64,000 nt of DNA, from assembly GCA_965113315.1 (NCBI GenBank), contig OZ220368.1; one strand, written 5' to 3'. Within the stretch, counting starts at the first letter, position 1. Each line of letters starts with the position of its first letter. The notes under the pieces were generated by a model, which made no database searches, was not told where the DNA came from, and saw only the letters and a list, made by a program, of their open reading frames with translations. Source of the DNA: Podarcis vaucheri. Lineage: Eukaryota. The translations under genes and the position numbers were made by a program. Shown here piece after piece: positions 63,120 through 64,000 of the stretch.

Positions 63120-63310
63120 GGGGGCAGCAAAAACAAGGGAGGTATTTGCGGTGCCTTAAAGACTAATAAATTCACTGTGGCATAGCTTTTGTGAACTACA
63201 GCCCATTAGATGCATGATGTGTTACTCTGAATTACAGGTATATGTATATATACACATGCCTGGGGACATGGAGGGGGCTGTAACCAATGAAGTCACAGGG
63301 AAATGAAATG
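63120..63310 (-). mobile_element. Penelope-like element terminal fragment with decayed hammerhead ribozyme
   Basis: gcagcaaaaacaa..gtgccttaaagactaataaattcactgtggcatagcttttgtgaactacagcccattagatgcatg resembles reptile Penelope-like repeat termini as I recall them; not database-checked. Confidence 0.6.
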
Positions 63311-64000
63311 CAGAATAATGCAGTGATAAATGAAACAAGACTGATAAAGTGCTAAATGACAAAGTAATCTGTGGCTCTGCAATCGTTCTTTCAGCAACAG
63401 CCATTTATGATATTGTGGCTTCATTCCTCTAGTTTAAGAACACGACGACTGAGTTGAGTGCCAAGCTGGAGCTCACAACCTGGCACAGGTTTCAGAAAGA
63501 ACTGGCAGAGAACTTTGTGAGGGCAGCAGATCTTATGCAGAGGGCAGCTGCAGTTGCACCACAAAATAAAACCAGTTGCTTGGAGAGTTTGCTCTGCTAG
63601 CCAAAGTGCTCTTGTGCACATTCACTCTTGTACATGCAGTACCCAACCTTGTGGCACAAGGGCACCTTCTCCGCCTGCTCTGCGGACTCTATTCTCCTGC
63701 CTGCATGTTTGCTATGTCCGCCACACAAGTGCTCAGACCAGAAGAGTAATGAAGCATTTGACCAGCTCTAATGAGCCATTACAAGTAAATGAGGCTGAAA
63801 GTGAGAGACCCAGCATGGGACGGAGCAGAAGGGCTTGAGTATCTTCATTATGGGTGGACATTATTTACACATTTGCAGAAGCAATGGCACTATCCACCAT
63901 TTCCCCTCCCTTATTCATTCTGGCTTGGAACAATGGATAATCCTAAAGATTACAGGGGTGTGGAAAGTGAAGAAGCACAGAGAGTGGGGCAGATAATCTA

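Noticed and set aside
62060-64000. Search for the next upstream PTPRF exon or extracellular mini-exons
   Set aside because: No recognisable PTPRF coding sequence found; the preceding exon is presumably beyond the window.

Overview
This is vertebrate (squamate) genomic DNA. The Sauria SINE, BovB and MITE content suggests a lacertid lizard, which is an inference. The right-hand 40 kb holds the 3' part of PTPRF (LAR receptor tyrosine phosphatase) on the minus strand. I reconstructed 14 constitutive coding exons by hand, from the transmembrane exon through the D1 and D2 phosphatase domains to the stop codon. They total 2019 nt, all have GT-AG boundaries and their phases are consistent. A ~1.5 kb 3' UTR ends near 24135. 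Two frame-preserving alternative mini-exons, which the ORF track does not resolve as exons, lie in the cytoplasmic juxtamembrane region: a 12-nt microexon (SKQE, 61117-61128) and a 33-nt exon (57424-57456). Both are flanked by neural splicing-factor motifs. The left 24 kb is intergenic and rich in transposons: Sauria SINE, BovB, CR1, hAT- and Tc1/mariner-type MITEs, and an internally deleted chromodomain-bearing Ty3/Gypsy element with an intact 3' LTR. The window begins in a CpG-enriched, CCAAT-box promoter-like segment, probably the KDM4A promoter by synteny. Other points of interest are an internally deleted RTE retroelement whose 5' UTR can fold into an H-type pseudoknot and a partly HDV-ribozyme-like fold, an alternating-orientation palindromic array near 15.2-15.6 kb, and a decayed Penelope-type hammerhead. 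I found no CRISPR array, rRNA or tRNA gene, and no clearly novel protein-coding system.
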